DNA of 24,000 bases, taken from assembly GCA_049860745.1 (NCBI GenBank), contig CP187561.1; one strand, 5' to 3'. Below are positions 23,451 through 24,000 of this stretch, one piece after another. The position numbers and the translations under genes are program-made. The DNA comes from Comamonadaceae bacterium 25HG05S-68 (GTDB taxonomy: Bacteria > Pseudomonadota > Gammaproteobacteria > Burkholderiales > Burkholderiaceae_C). The notes below the pieces were generated by a model. It was not told where the DNA came from. It saw only the letters and a program-made list of their open reading frames with translations, and searched no databases. Within the stretch, counting starts at the first letter, position 1. Every line of letters begins with the position of its first letter.

Positions 23451-23459
23451 CTTTGGACC

Positions 23460-24000
23460 TCAGCGCAGCGGCGGCACGCCGTTTTGCCAAGTGCTCCACT
23501 GGCCAACGATGTGGTCCACCACACGTGAGCCCACCAGTTCGATGTTTTGCACGGTCTCGGCAAAGCCGCCTGCGGTTTCGCCTGGCGCGGGGTCCAAGTG
23601 TTGCAGCGTGGTTTCGTTCGGGTTGCCCTGGTCAAAGTTCACAGCGCCGCGCAGGCTCATCACGCGGTCGGTGCCGTGGGTGCGTTTGATGACCAGCGTG
23701 ATGGCGGCGGCCTCCATCTCGGTGATCACGTAGTCGTCTGCACCGTACAGCTTGGCGATGTATTGGGCCTGCTTTGACATGCCAGGGCCGTGGAAAAAGG
23801 TGTCGCCGGTCATGTGGGTGCCGGTGCTGACAAACGGCGCGCGCTGCGCGGCCGCGTCGGGGTAACGCGTGCGGTACTTGCGTGCGCTGTCGGAGTCGAG
23901 CAGCGGCGTGTCGGCCGACAGCTTCATGGCCCAACTGGTCAGGGTGGGGTTGAGCTGGAAGCGACGGTAGTCCTCGTAGCCTTTGCGCGGCATGAAGGTC
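23460..24000 (-). CDS. Purine nucleoside permease (NUP family); 5' end beyond window edge
   Basis: The ORF is open to the window end. From memory, the C-terminal 177+ aa match the NUP family pattern: STGTHMTGDTFFHG, DYVITEMEAAAI, MSLRGAVNFD, GGFAETVQN. Confidence 0.75.
   Translation of the reverse strand, partial: TFMPRKGYEDYRRFQLNPTLTSWAMKLSADTPLLDSDSARKYRTRYPDAAAQRAPFVSTGTHMTGDTFFHGPGMSKQAQYIAKLYGADDYVITEMEAAAITLVIKRTHGTDRVMSLRGAVNFDQGNPNETTLQHLDPAPGETAGGFAETVQNIELVGSRVVDHIVGQWSTWQNGVPPLR

Noticed and set aside
1-24000. Mobile elements, CRISPR arrays, tRNA/rRNA genes, prophage or defence-system hallmarks
   Set aside because: I recognised no transposase, integrase or recombinase-like ORFs and no terminal inverted repeats. 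I also found no repeat-spacer periodicity, no cloverleaf-like tRNA segments, and no nuclease/ATPase/methylase combinations typical of defence islands.

Overview
GC-rich bacterial chromosomal window. The protein content looks betaproteobacterial, Comamonadaceae-like, but that is my impression and not a search result. I count 20 protein-coding genes and recognised no rRNA, tRNA, CRISPR array, transposase or integrase.

Layout:
1. 3' portion of a PLP-dependent Orn/Lys/Arg decarboxylase.
2. A signalling island made of a hybrid sensor kinase (TM-periplasmic-TM-PAS-PAS-HisKA-HATPase-REC-REC-HPt, + strand), a PAS-GGDEF(degenerate)-EAL protein (- strand) and an OmpR-family response regulator (+ strand).
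3. A five-gene Csu-like (archaic/sigma-class, SCPU-domain) chaperone-usher pilus operon on the - strand.
4. Gamma-glutamyltransferase (+ strand).
5. An uninterrupted minus-strand block from 16333 to the window end, containing:
   - a tightly spaced YHS / DoxX-like / lipoprotein alpha-beta hydrolase / NRDE(TANGO2-like) / OlsB-like N-acyltransferase unit;
   - a translationally coupled 4-TM protein / DinB-fold protein / membrane-anchored ATP-grasp ligase trio;
   - a secreted minimal Lig E-type ATP-dependent DNA ligase;
   - a partial NUP-family purine nucleoside permease.

Best candidates for undescribed biology are the ATGA-chained TM/DinB/ATP-grasp trio and the NRDE/N-acyltransferase-containing envelope operon. 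I could assign neither to a characterised pathway.

Smaller signals are a degenerate GGDEF A-site with a retained I-site, G8/C9 homopolymer tracts in the regulator and usher genes, and several direct or inverted repeats in promoter regions. All functional calls rest on motifs read from the supplied translations. No database search was run.
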